Shown: positions 50,220 to 60,132 of the stretch, piece by piece
Layout: each line of letters starts with the position of its first letter
Position numbering within the stretch: position 1 is the stretch's first letter
DNA from: a virus
Lineage: Duplodnaviria > Caudoviricetes
Direction: 5' to 3' (one strand)
IMG/VR virus record: IMGVR_UViG_3300028048_002144
Length of the DNA: 64,000 nucleotides
Position numbers and translations under genes: made by a program
The notes under the pieces: model-generated
Database searches by the model: none
What the model was told of the DNA's origin: nothing
The model's input: only the letters and a program-made list of their open reading frames with translations

Positions 50220-50544
50220 AGATTTGGCTCCTTTCTGTAAATTACTGATATGTTTATTGCTATAAGCCGGTACATATCAACCGTAATGCAGCCTTCGCCA
50301 ATGTTATTATGAGGTTTTTGTAAGCAACACCGTTCCTACCCATTAGAACTGTTTAATCACTTATCTTAGAGCTGCAGACTAGGCTGAACATCCACAGGTA
50401 ACTATACATAACAATGAAACTACTAATGTTTCATTGTATATTCTCACATAACGTAGTCAGTTAAGACTTAGGCTAGTCAACAAAGGCTTTTACAAGCCTC
50501 CACTTCAACAATTATAAAATAATCGCAAGTGGTGAGTTATTGAC
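50220..50544 (-). ncRNA. omegaRNA (HEARO-like) of IscB element 2
   Basis: GTCAA.../...GTTGACTAGCCTAAG helix, GACTACGTT and AACATTGGCGAAGG segments upstream of iscB. Confidence 0.8.
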
Positions 50545-52502
50545 CCTACTCGTAGGTTTTGATATACCGTTTTATCTTCAATATTTCTGATGAAGATATT
50601 TGCAGTTCCAGGAATGTATTCTCCGTGGAAAAGAATACTTCCAGGGACCATTAGATAGAGTCTTTTCTTTGCTCTAGTAATCGCTACATACCAGAGTCGC
50701 AAGGACTCTTGAAACTCGTCCTGTGATATAAAACTGCTTTCTCCAGGGAATATTCCGTCTATGCAGTTCTGGACAAAGACATGTTCAAACTCAAGACCTT
50801 TAGCAGAATGTATAGTGCTTATAGTTAATGCATTATCATCTTTCTTCTGATCCGGTGTTCTGTCTAGGGTAAATGCATCTAACATTGATTTAATGCTTGT
50901 ATAGTCATTTGCAATTTCTAATAAAACCTTTATAGTCTTCTTATCATTTTTAATTGCATCAATCTGCTTTTCTTTACTGCTCTCACTTGATCTTGAAAGA
51001 TTTACTTTTTCTTCGGCCATTGAGAAATAGAATTCCTTTATTTTATTAAGCTGGGTTTTGTAATCAGAGTCTTTTAATTCAATATAAAAATTATGAAGAT
51101 CGTTTAAATATGGTTTAATACTATTAAGATGTGAATATGGATTATCAATAATAAAATTATCTCTTTTACAATCACAGGCAATTACTTTAGAACGTTTAGT
51201 TCCTATTTTAGGTAGAACGTCTAATACACTAAACCAAGCAAGTTCATCATATGGATTAACAATAATCTTACAGAAGTTTAGGAAATCAATTACGCATTTA
51301 TGCTCTAAAAATTTGAGTCCACCTAGCTTTTTATATGGAATTCCTTCTTTGTCCAAAAGGAGTTCTAGCTTATAACTTTCTTTTGATGTACGACTTAAAA
51401 CAGCTATATCTTTTACTGTATTATTTGCGTAGAAGTAATCTTTGATGAAGTTGAATTCGTATTCTAATTCATCTCTATCAGTGTCTAATAACACACACTT
51501 TGGCTTACTCTCGTTATCTGTATATGTGCCGATCATTTCTTTATCAAAGTTATTAATATTACTAGAATTAAATGACTGATTAGCAAACTCTACAATTTCA
51601 TTTGATGAACGATAATTCGTTTTTAGAACTGTAGTAATACATTCTGGGAAAGTATCCTGGAATGATAAGATGTTTCTTACATCAGCTCCTCTAAATGCAT
51701 AGATACTCTGCGCATCGTCACCTACTACAGTAATATTCCTATTCTTACTACCAATAAGCTTTATGATTTTAGCTTGTAGTATATTAGTATCCTGGTACTC
51801 ATCTACCATAATGAACTTATATCGAGTAGCTATTTTATTTAATACTTCTTCGTTCTGAAGTAATTCATAGAACTTTACCAGCAGATCATCATAATCAAGC
51901 ATTCTATTTTCTTTTTTATATTCATCATATTTAGTTTTTAACTGTTTTATGTATGCAATGACTTCTGGGTAAATGTCTTCATAAGAGTTAGAAACCTTTT
52001 TAGGAATAATTTCCTCGAAAGTTCTTTCTGTATTTATATGCTCAGAAATACAAGCTATGATCTTATTAGTATTTAATCCTTTAATCTTGTTTCTATCGCC
52101 AAAATCTTCTTTTATAAAAGACATCGCTGTTACAGTTTCTGGTGGTGTTAGAATAGAAAAATTACTCGAAACACCAATAAAGCGTCCATATTTTCTTAAC
52201 ATAAGCGCACAAAAAGAATGATAAGTACAGGCAGTGATTTGCTCTGTATTATCACCCTCATAATTTTCTAGGTTCTTCTTTATTCTTTCCTTCATTTCAT
52301 TAGCAGCTGCATTTGTAAAAGTAAGAAGTAATATTTCTTTTGGTGTAGCTACTTTTTCTGAAAGTAAATACGATACTCTTGTAGTAAGAGTGTGTGTTTT
52401 TCCAGAACCAGCTCCGGCTAATATTAAAAGTGGTCCATATGTATGTGTAGCAGCTTTATACTGCTCTTTATTTAATCTTGATAACGTTTCTTTTATGTTC
52501 AT
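50505..52502 (-). CDS. UvrD/PcrA-family helicase
   Basis: AGAGSGKT, LTFTNAAA, VDEYQDTN, VGDDAQSIYAFRGA, NYRS, TIHSAKGLEF and YVAITRAK. The last 12 codons lie inside IscB element 2. Confidence 0.93.
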   Translation of the reverse strand: MNIKETLSRLNKEQYKAATHTYGPLLILAGAGSGKTHTLTTRVSYLLSEKVATPKEILLLTFTNAAANEMKERIKKNLENYEGDNTEQITACTYHSFCALMLRKYGRFIGVSSNFSILTPPETVTAMSFIKEDFGDRNKIKGLNTNKIIACISEHINTERTFEEIIPKKVSNSYEDIYPEVIAYIKQLKTKYDEYKKENRMLDYDDLLVKFYELLQNEEVLNKIATRYKFIMVDEYQDTNILQAKIIKLIGSKNRNITVVGDDAQSIYAFRGADVRNILSFQDTFPECITTVLKTNYRSSNEIVEFANQSFNSSNINNFDKEMIGTYTDNESKPKCVLLDTDRDELEYEFNFIKDYFYANNTVKDIAVLSRTSKESYKLELLLDKEGIPYKKLGGLKFLEHKCVIDFLNFCKIIVNPYDELAWFSVLDVLPKIGTKRSKVIACDCKRDNFIIDNPYSHLNSIKPYLNDLHNFYIELKDSDYKTQLNKIKEFYFSMAEEKVNLSRSSESSKEKQIDAIKNDKKTIKVLLEIANDYTSIKSMLDAFTLDRTPDQKKDDNALTISTIHSAKGLEFEHVFVQNCIDGIFPGESSFISQDEFQESLRLWYVAITRAKKRLYLMVPGSILFHGEYIPGTANIFIRNIEDKTVYQNLRVGSITHHLRLFYNC

Positions 52503-52537
52503 TTATTTACCTCTATATTGGTGACTAATCTATTATT

Positions 52538-52598
52538 AATATGACAGTTTTGGCATTGTTTTACGGTTTTTGTACAAAAACATTGTTTCTGTCATATT
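52538..52598. promoter_or_regulatory. Back-to-back pair of GTCATATT motifs in a divergent intergenic region
   Basis: AATATGAC at 52538-52545 faces uvrD (minus) and GTCATATT at 52591-52598 faces the plus-strand gene at 52618. Confidence 0.75.
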
Positions 52599-52617
52599 TT
52601 AAATAGGAGATTTTATA

Positions 52618-52965
52618 ATGCTTTTGTTAGAAAGTAGGTTATTTATGCATTGCGAAGATAATGTAAAAATATCTAAACATGCATCCAAACGATTAAAAGA
52701 ACGTCAAGGTTTTAAAAAACGTAGTAATACAAGAATGATAGAAAAAGTTTTAAATGAAGGTTATGATCTCGATGAAACTAAAGGAGTTTTGAATAACTAT
52801 TTAAGAAATAAAAAAGATAATTATAAAGAACTGGGAGAATTTATTTATAGAGTATATGGAGAGTATGTTTATATATTTAATGAAAACGAAGTTTTAGTTA
52901 CTTCTATTCTCTTACCGCCTTATATTAAAAAGAATCTTAAAAAATTAGTATTTAAGAAAATATAA
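52618..52965 (+). CDS. Small protein, DUF4258/RelE-like fold possible
   Basis: ISKHASKRLKER...VYIF...VLVT pattern; AGGAG RBS. Confidence 0.55.
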   Translation: MLLLESRLFMHCEDNVKISKHASKRLKERQGFKKRSNTRMIEKVLNEGYDLDETKGVLNNYLRNKKDNYKELGEFIYRVYGEYVYIFNENEVLVTSILLPPYIKKNLKKLVFKKI

Positions 52966-52979
52966 TCGATTTTAAAAAG

Positions 52980-53013
52980 AAAAGCCTTACTACAAATGTA
53001 GTAAGACTTTTTT
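52980..53013. terminator. Bidirectional terminator between convergent genes
   Basis: AAAAGCCTTACTACA-aa-TGTAGTAAGACTTTT. Confidence 0.75.
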
Positions 53014-53030
53014 AATTGTTAAAAATCATA

Positions 53031-53420
53031 TTACAAGCATGCACATCTATCCATTCGATCGAACAAAACTTTTACATCATGTTCCAGATTATTGAATGAT
53101 GTAAAATGATTTGAACCACCCTTATAATCTGTAGAGTTTTTAGCTGTTCTATAAAGAACCCCGTTCATACATGATGATTCTGAAAAATCATGGTATCCAC
53201 GGAATCGATCCATACCAGAACTAATGTAGATATATTTATCATCCTTTTTAATGAACCCAGAGGTATCATAATGATTAGCTTTGAATCCAATAATTTCTGC
53301 ATCTGGGAAAGTTCGCTCCAGGTAATGTCTGAGAGCTTTGCAAAACTGCTTATACTCTCCACTGCATGTAGAACCATTGTCTGTAATGTGCTTCTTATCC
53401 CACTTTCTAAATATCTTCAT
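53031..53420 (-). CDS. Hypothetical protein
   Basis: 129 aa ORF with AAAGGAG RBS and motif upstream. Confidence 0.7.
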   Translation of the reverse strand: MKIFRKWDKKHITDNGSTCSGEYKQFCKALRHYLERTFPDAEIIGFKANHYDTSGFIKKDDKYIYISSGMDRFRGYHDFSESSCMNGVLYRTAKNSTDYKGGSNHFTSFNNLEHDVKVLFDRMDRCACL

Positions 53421-53524
53421 TTCGTTTCTCCTTTCATACTTTAAAAATTCTATTTAAAATATGAAAGATTTTTGCATAAAAATAGATGGACACGGTTAAT
53501 ACCATGCCCATCCATTTATTATTT

Positions 53525-55600
53525 TTACAGCTCTAAATCATCAATAATGTTATCTTTAATAGCTTCGCCAATTTCTTCTTTAGATATATCAGATAACTCT
53601 TTAACATCCTTCTTTAAGGCTTCAATATTCTTAATATCTATACCCTTAATATCACATCTGAGTTCTTTATTCTCTAATATGTTATCTAATTTCTTTGCCA
53701 GATCATAATCATTAGTGATATACGTCTTAGTATTTATACCTTCTAGCTCATTATTAAAGGATATTAGATTATTAGATAATTCTGTATCTAATCCTAACTG
53801 AGCGTCACCGTATACGTTTACTACATAAAGCATTTCATCTTTATCACCCAGAACTAAATCACCCTTTTGAATATCTTCAATAATTTCGTTTCCGACATAT
53901 TCAGTCATTAGCATATCAGATACTTCTTCTATCGGTGCAGCTTCTAAGGCTTCTTCGTATTTAGCATAATTTGCAGTTAGTTCAGTAACTTTATCTAATT
54001 TCTGATCAGTTACTGCAGCTATATACTCTTCTAATTTGTCCGGTTCAGTCTGAATGATATTTTCAATTTCTGGATCCAAAGTACGTCTAACTGATTCATC
54101 ATGTAATGTATACACGATAGCTTCAGCCATAGCCTTTTCGCCATCTTCTTGATTGAATACCATTTCAAGAGACTCTTTATCCAGGTTATTATCTAATCCA
54201 AATTTAAGAGCAGATAACTTCTTCTCGCTCATATCCTCTGGGAATTTCTCTACGTTATCTTTAACGATACCCCGTTCCTTTAAAGTATCGAGGATTGCTG
54301 TTTTATCCATTTCAGATACTTTGGTTACATCTGGTAATTCGATACCCATTCTAGCATTGTCTCTTCTTAAACTAGCAATATCTTTTTCGATATTCGCCAT
54401 TTTACTTAATGTAGCTACCTTTTCTTTTTCAAGTTCTTTTAATTCTAAAGAATAAGGTCTCTTCATTCTCTGATGATGAGTAATTTCCTTATCAATACGA
54501 GCCTGATTTTCTTTGATAACATCCATCTTACGTTCAGCTTTATCTTTTACATAAACCTTTTCGGCAACTCTTCCAAAATCTATAGCATGTCTTTGGGCCT
54601 TACGGTTTTGATGTATTAATCTTGTTTCTTCAATTTTAGCTGAAATCGAAGTTTTTGTATCTCTGAACTTAGTCATTAAAGTATCATTTAATGATCTCTG
54701 ATATAATCTCTTTGCTTCGAGTTTATATGTCTGCTCATTGATCTTATTAATCTTTTCCTGGGCACGAGCAAATTGCCACTCTTTTACTTTAATTTCAATA
54801 GAGTTAACTTTTGCAAGTACCTTATTCTTTGTTTTAACAAGAGTGTTATTAAGCTGATCTCTATAAGCTTTACCCTTCTCCTGCATCTTTTCGTAGCTTT
54901 CTTTTGTTCTAGTAGTAAGTCTTTCTTTTACACTTAAAAGGAATTCATCTCTACGTTTAAAATGCTCTTCTAATGCTGTATTAAGTTTATTAGCCTGATT
55001 AACTATAGCATCTTTCATAGCTTTAAGTGGGCTTAATGTAAACTCTGCCGCTTTCTTCATATTGTGAGGAAGACTCTGAACCTTTTCAGCAGCTTTTCTA
55101 TAGATATCACTAATATTGATTGCACGTTCGTTAATGCCTATAGCATCTTCATAAATACCCTTTAACATCTTATAGTTCACAAGGAAACTCTTAAAGTCTT
55201 TACTATCAAGATTTCCTACTGGATCTGGTACATCCCCTTCACCAATTAACAGATGATAATTATCCTGGAGGATAGAACGAGGAATCTGAAGCTGTTTAAC
55301 TATATTGTCTAAACTTAAAAAGCCTTCCTGCTGCGAGAATTCATCAAAGAACTCATTTAAGTCTGGGTACTTATCAATGATTTCATCAATACTTTTTATG
55401 CTTTTGATCTTTGAAATTTGTTTTAATGCAGAATTAATTGTATTTACTGTGTCCTTTCTTTTTGTGTCCATAATATCCTGGACTACAGATAAAGTATCGT
55501 TAGCGCCTGTAGAAAGGTCTGTATTTTGATCCGTTAAAAAACTTACTGTTTCTTTCAAATTTGTCATTTCTTTTGTTATTTGTCCATTAAAATCGTTCAT
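53525..55600 (-). CDS. Large coiled-coil protein, unknown function
   Basis: 691 aa ORF with long charged helical segments. Confidence 0.75.
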   Translation of the reverse strand: MNDFNGQITKEMTNLKETVSFLTDQNTDLSTGANDTLSVVQDIMDTKRKDTVNTINSALKQISKIKSIKSIDEIIDKYPDLNEFFDEFSQQEGFLSLDNIVKQLQIPRSILQDNYHLLIGEGDVPDPVGNLDSKDFKSFLVNYKMLKGIYEDAIGINERAINISDIYRKAAEKVQSLPHNMKKAAEFTLSPLKAMKDAIVNQANKLNTALEEHFKRRDEFLLSVKERLTTRTKESYEKMQEKGKAYRDQLNNTLVKTKNKVLAKVNSIEIKVKEWQFARAQEKINKINEQTYKLEAKRLYQRSLNDTLMTKFRDTKTSISAKIEETRLIHQNRKAQRHAIDFGRVAEKVYVKDKAERKMDVIKENQARIDKEITHHQRMKRPYSLELKELEKEKVATLSKMANIEKDIASLRRDNARMGIELPDVTKVSEMDKTAILDTLKERGIVKDNVEKFPEDMSEKKLSALKFGLDNNLDKESLEMVFNQEDGEKAMAEAIVYTLHDESVRRTLDPEIENIIQTEPDKLEEYIAAVTDQKLDKVTELTANYAKYEEALEAAPIEEVSDMLMTEYVGNEIIEDIQKGDLVLGDKDEMLYVVNVYGDAQLGLDTELSNNLISFNNELEGINTKTYITNDYDLAKKLDNILENKELRCDIKGIDIKNIEALKKDVKELSDISKEEIGEAIKDNIIDDLEL

Positions 55601-55710
55601 AACATACGCTCCTTATTTAAAAAATGAGTTAATAATACAAAAAAGAGAAGATATATAAATCTTCTCTTTAAATAATATGACTAAAAAATATTTAATTTTT
55701 AAGATTACTT

Positions 55711-57498
55711 TTATAAGAATATTCCATGATAATAATATTCAACATCAGAAAGTTCACATTGCAAATCTTTTTTTACTTGTTTCGTAAGACGATCATATCT
55801 CATATATAAAGGTTTATTAGTGTCTAACATAAGTGATGGCACAAAAGCATCATCAGTTGAATTAGTTAATGTAGGAACTGCCTGGTTAAAATACTCCGTA
55901 TACTGCTCTTTATTATTAAAATCTTTTATATCTTTATACACTGATTTCATATGAGAATAAATAATATTCCATATAAAAAGTATTTCTTCATCAGACAATT
56001 CTTCATATTTCGGTAATTTATATCCTGGGAAAATATATTCCAGAGAATATGCTCTAAAAAATCCAGTAATATAAGCTACATAATATAAAGTATTATGAAT
56101 ATCTTCGCTATTATTTTTGTCAAGAACATTATTGATTAGATTATTAGCAATGTCAAATTCTTCAACATAATTCTTGAAGCAATACTTGAGATTTATACCC
56201 CTACCATACAAATTGCAAGTACCTCTAAGTGAAGATGTATCCCAATTATCTTCTACGCCATAAATTGCTTTGTATGGATCGTTATCAAATTCTTCATCAG
56301 AAAAAATAATTCCTTCGGCTTTAGCTTCTCTTTTTAAAGCTTCAAGATATTTAGAATTATCACTTGATACAGGGATACCAGTAATTAGTGTTCTAAATAA
56401 AATTGAAGAGCCACCAAGATAAAACCCATCTCTAAGCGAGCCAGTTGCACGAAGTAGCTTAATACGGTTAAGATATACTATATCATCATAATAATATACA
56501 TGATTCCAATGTAAATTGTCTTCCATCATATCTCCGGTTCCGGATCCAACCTGGCAAGGTCTTACAAAAGAATATACATCTAATTCTTTAAAACGTTTTC
56601 TTACTTCATCAGAATTAGTGTTATTAATCATATTGCTTATGCAGCTTTCCCCATCTTCAAGTGCATAATATCCAGGATGTAAATTTGAGCGTGTTAAACA
56701 CATATCATTAGGTTTACCGTCTACAGAAGGATATTTACACATATTCTGAAATTTTTCATAATCTAATTCAGAATATTTTTCATCGTCATATTGTTTTTTT
56801 AATATAGGATAAAAATTCCCTTTAAATTCAAAAATACTTCTAAAAAACTGTTCTGCATAATACGTTGGACTAACATATTTGTCTGAAAATGATTTTTCAA
56901 TACGGTGAAAACCGTGGTTGAATCTCTCTACAAATCCATTTCTTAAGCAATCTACAAAGCCACCTTTTACTGGATCGCTGCACTTAATTGCTTCTGGATT
57001 CTCATGGTAGAAATTGCTGATATAACAAGCACGGTTATACATTTCTTCCCAACGAGGATACATATCTTCTGCAGATACTTCCTTTGTAAGAAGACGCATT
57101 TTTTCTCTATTCTCACAAGTATCTTCTGGGAGAATAGGTGTATAATCATCAAATTCCTTTTTGTTCTCTTCTGACTTAAACTGCTTACCAGGGAAAAGAA
57201 ATCCTTCTTTGTATGAATCAACAGTTACTTTAGAATAAAGCTCATCTTTAACTTCAAAAGTATCCATATTGCTATGTGTACATGGATGTAAAATTCCCTT
57301 TTTAGCATATGCTGTCAAAATAGGGTGTTTAAGATCACAAATATCGCCACCAATAGCGTCAATAAGTTTTTCGCCAGCTTTCGGATCCTTGCACTCATCT
57401 TTTAAGATATATGTTCCATATTTACGAAATTCTCTTATATGCTTTTCGTAACGTGACATTTTCTTTTTTGGTTTAATTAGTTTCTTAAAAAGTCCCAT
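55711..57498 (-). CDS. Hypothetical protein
   Basis: 595 aa ORF with AAGGAG RBS. Confidence 0.75.
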   Translation of the reverse strand: MGLFKKLIKPKKKMSRYEKHIREFRKYGTYILKDECKDPKAGEKLIDAIGGDICDLKHPILTAYAKKGILHPCTHSNMDTFEVKDELYSKVTVDSYKEGFLFPGKQFKSEENKKEFDDYTPILPEDTCENREKMRLLTKEVSAEDMYPRWEEMYNRACYISNFYHENPEAIKCSDPVKGGFVDCLRNGFVERFNHGFHRIEKSFSDKYVSPTYYAEQFFRSIFEFKGNFYPILKKQYDDEKYSELDYEKFQNMCKYPSVDGKPNDMCLTRSNLHPGYYALEDGESCISNMINNTNSDEVRKRFKELDVYSFVRPCQVGSGTGDMMEDNLHWNHVYYYDDIVYLNRIKLLRATGSLRDGFYLGGSSILFRTLITGIPVSSDNSKYLEALKREAKAEGIIFSDEEFDNDPYKAIYGVEDNWDTSSLRGTCNLYGRGINLKYCFKNYVEEFDIANNLINNVLDKNNSEDIHNTLYYVAYITGFFRAYSLEYIFPGYKLPKYEELSDEEILFIWNIIYSHMKSVYKDIKDFNNKEQYTEYFNQAVPTLTNSTDDAFVPSLMLDTNKPLYMRYDRLTKQVKKDLQCELSDVEYYYHGIFL

Positions 57499-57663
57499 TT
57501 TTTTATCTCCTTAATGAATCGTACTTTATGATAATATGGTTATTTTCTATTAGTATATTATCATATATTTGGTATTTTTCTATATATAATATGACATGAT
57601 TTAGTGTTATTTCGTCATTTTTTGTACTATTTATCTTTTTAGAGATTTCTTGCTTATGGTGTG

Positions 57664-58812
57664 TTAAAAATTTACCTTCTGGAATCTATATGTCCAGAGA
57701 TTAGCTTTAAAATCACCAACCTCATCTGCAGTAGATACTAAAATAGCTCTTTCTGCTAGATTACCAGCACCATCTCTTATAAAACATCCATTGTGGTTTC
57801 TATTATGCCCTGTATTACCTGGACCAATAGCAGCCACTCTATTCCATCCAACACCTTGTAAGTCTCCTAAATCACCATTCCAAGACGTTACATAGATACT
57901 CTGGGTCTGGGAAATATTAGATAATGCACCAGCAGGGAACATGTAATTCACATGTGTATCACAAGTCATATATAATTCATCACCACTAACAGCAAAATCT
58001 GCATTACTGATAAAATCTCCACCCATATTTCTTACTGTTACTGGTTGAGATAGATTTACACTAGTTAGATCATTAGATATAAGTTCTCTACATAGAGTAG
58101 AAGTAAGTGAAGTAGTTCCTCTTGTATAGAAGAGAAATGTCTTACCATTTTTAGTTAAAAGTGAAGGTTGACCTACGCCCCAACCACCTTCAGTTCCAAC
58201 TACTCTTCCTACTTTTGTCCAGTTGTAAAGGTCATTTGATACTGCAAAGCCTATTTCATTATTTGTACAGTCATAAGTTCTACATCCAAGATATGCCATC
58301 AGATAAGAGTAATTACTTCCCTGGAATGAAAAGTTCCCAGATATTACTGATGGATCACAAACCTGTACACTATCCCATGCTCCAGGTGTTGTAGTAAGAA
58401 CTCTTCTACCATTTAAACTAATACCATCTTTTATCTCTCCAGGAGTAGCTTCGTTAGAGCAATAAAGAACTGTTCCATTTATAACTGTAGGACAATATTT
58501 ATACACATATCGCTCTACTTTTTGATTAACCGAAGGAGTTCTTGTATTAGTCTTTCTAAATGTAATCCTTTTAGAAGGCGTACTTTTACTTACTTCTTTT
58601 ACTTCTGCTATAGGTTTAGCATCTTTTAAAAGTGGATTTTCTTTTTTACTTACCTTTTCTTTAACAGAGGGTTTATTTGTAGATTCTGTCTTTGTTTCTA
58701 TTTTTTTATTACTACGTTGGTTTGTTTTAACAACAAAAACAGATAATGTAGATATTCCTATAATTATTAATAGTAACTTGATTAGATTTTTGCGGCATAA
58801 AAAATTCTTCAT
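57664..58812 (-). CDS. Exported glycoside-hydrolase-like five-bladed beta-propeller (GH43/32/130-like)
   Basis: N-terminal TM and linker, then WDS..VCDPSV, IGFAVSNDLYNW and GQPSL blade motifs. Confidence 0.6.
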   Translation of the reverse strand: MKNFLCRKNLIKLLLIIIGISTLSVFVVKTNQRSNKKIETKTESTNKPSVKEKVSKKENPLLKDAKPIAEVKEVSKSTPSKRITFRKTNTRTPSVNQKVERYVYKYCPTVINGTVLYCSNEATPGEIKDGISLNGRRVLTTTPGAWDSVQVCDPSVISGNFSFQGSNYSYLMAYLGCRTYDCTNNEIGFAVSNDLYNWTKVGRVVGTEGGWGVGQPSLLTKNGKTFLFYTRGTTSLTSTLCRELISNDLTSVNLSQPVTVRNMGGDFISNADFAVSGDELYMTCDTHVNYMFPAGALSNISQTQSIYVTSWNGDLGDLQGVGWNRVAAIGPGNTGHNRNHNGCFIRDGAGNLAERAILVSTADEVGDFKANLWTYRFQKVNF

Positions 58813-59058
58813 ATCTTGTATTCCTCCTATTATTTGCCTATCTTTAATATGACAACTTGGGAATTCTACAAAATACGAAGAATGAGATAATTACGATATA
58901 TTAGTGCTTCTATTGCCGAAATTAATGGAGTTCCTATCTTAACGTTTATAAAGAGAAAATATTAGTAGATTATATTAGACTTTAATTTTAATGATAAAAG
59001 AGATAAGATTAGAAATAGATTATTATAATCTAAAGATTTTAATATAGGGAGAATAGAA

Positions 59059-59664
59059 ATGGATGCTACTTTCTTAATTAAGAAAATATACCAAGATTAT
59101 GAATGCTCAGAATATTTAGTGAATGGTGCCATTAAATATACTTTAAATTATAATGAGCATCCTGTAACAATAATGTATTCAAAAGACAATAATTTAAGTA
59201 ATGCATTACGAATAATTATAACCGTAGATAGAACAGATTATTTATTGATAGAATATATTTATAAAAATGATGATAATTTTGAAATAAATACTTTCATTGA
59301 TAATGAAGTATATAATGAACTACAATTTTCCTTTTTTCAATTAAAAAATAAAAAGTGCCCAACAGAACCTTTTTTCGATAAAATTAAAGATCATATTATT
59401 AATAACGAACCTGTAATAACGCCTGAACCAGAACGACATTATTATCAGCGTCATAACAATAATTTTTTGCCTTATTTCGAGACAGTAGTTAGACATAAAA
59501 TGTCAAATATAATGAGACAAAGAATTACTCATTCATACCCAAAAGATCTAGCATATAAAATATTAGAGTATTGCAAAAATACTTATACGCTGCGATTTAC
59601 TGAAGATGAGAATAGAGCAAAAGATATTGTTATTGCTTTAGACCTAAATAAATTAAATGATTGA
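59059..59664 (+). CDS. Hypothetical protein (counter-oriented accessory gene)
   Basis: 201 aa ORF with GGGAG RBS; very AT-rich. Confidence 0.65.
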   Translation: MDATFLIKKIYQDYECSEYLVNGAIKYTLNYNEHPVTIMYSKDNNLSNALRIIITVDRTDYLLIEYIYKNDDNFEINTFIDNEVYNELQFSFFQLKNKKCPTEPFFDKIKDHIINNEPVITPEPERHYYQRHNNNFLPYFETVVRHKMSNIMRQRITHSYPKDLAYKILEYCKNTYTLRFTEDENRAKDIVIALDLNKLND

Positions 59665-59871
59665 AATGCTAGAAATATCATCTATTGGTAATGATGTTTT
59701 CCCATATCTTTCCGAGCTAATATTATCGTTTGGCATTTGTTCTAAGGATATATATCCGGCAAGTTTTGAATCTTCAATTATAACCTCAGAATTGAAGACA
59801 ATACCGAAATATTTATTGTTATCATTTGTGCAAATAATTGCTTTTTTATTTTTTAATCGTTGAATATTCAT
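59653..59871 (-). CDS. Small hypothetical protein (Sm/SH3-like beta fold possible)
   Basis: AAAGGA RBS; third gene of a small operon. Confidence 0.5.
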   Translation of the reverse strand: MNIQRLKNKKAIICTNDNNKYFGIVFNSEVIIEDSKLAGYISLEQMPNDNISSERYGKTSLPIDDISSISII

Positions 59872-59898
59872 AAAGTATTCCTTTCAAACTTATTGTAA

Positions 59899-60123
59899 CT
59901 AGTTAGATATTTTTCTTCCGCAAAATGGGCAAAAAAGTATATCAACATTAATTTCTGAAACACATTGGTCGTTTTTAAATGCCTGTGTAACAAAAGTGTC
60001 ACCAACGACAAAAGAAAGACTATAGTCATTTTCAGATGCTTGGTGACTTGTTTTCCATTTTAAAAGATTTTTATCTTTTTCTCTTAGGCAATATTTACAT
60101 CCATTTTTGTTATTCATATACAC
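59899..60123 (-). CDS. Small CxxC...CPFCG Zn-binding protein
   Basis: GCKYC and FCPFCGRK, a pattern common in phage/MGE small proteins. Confidence 0.6.
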   Translation of the reverse strand: MYMNNKNGCKYCLREKDKNLLKWKTSHQASENDYSLSFVVGDTFVTQAFKNDQCVSEINVDILFCPFCGRKISN

Positions 60124-60132
60124 GTTCCTTTC

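Larger units (their letters stand above)
48919..50544 (-). mobile_element. Non-autonomous IS200/IS605-type IscB element 2
   Basis: On the minus strand it begins GTCAATAACTCACCACTT and ends with the hairpin CCTCGGCTTATAAAAGCCAGGG just before ATGAA; no duplication and no tnpA. Confidence 0.8.
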
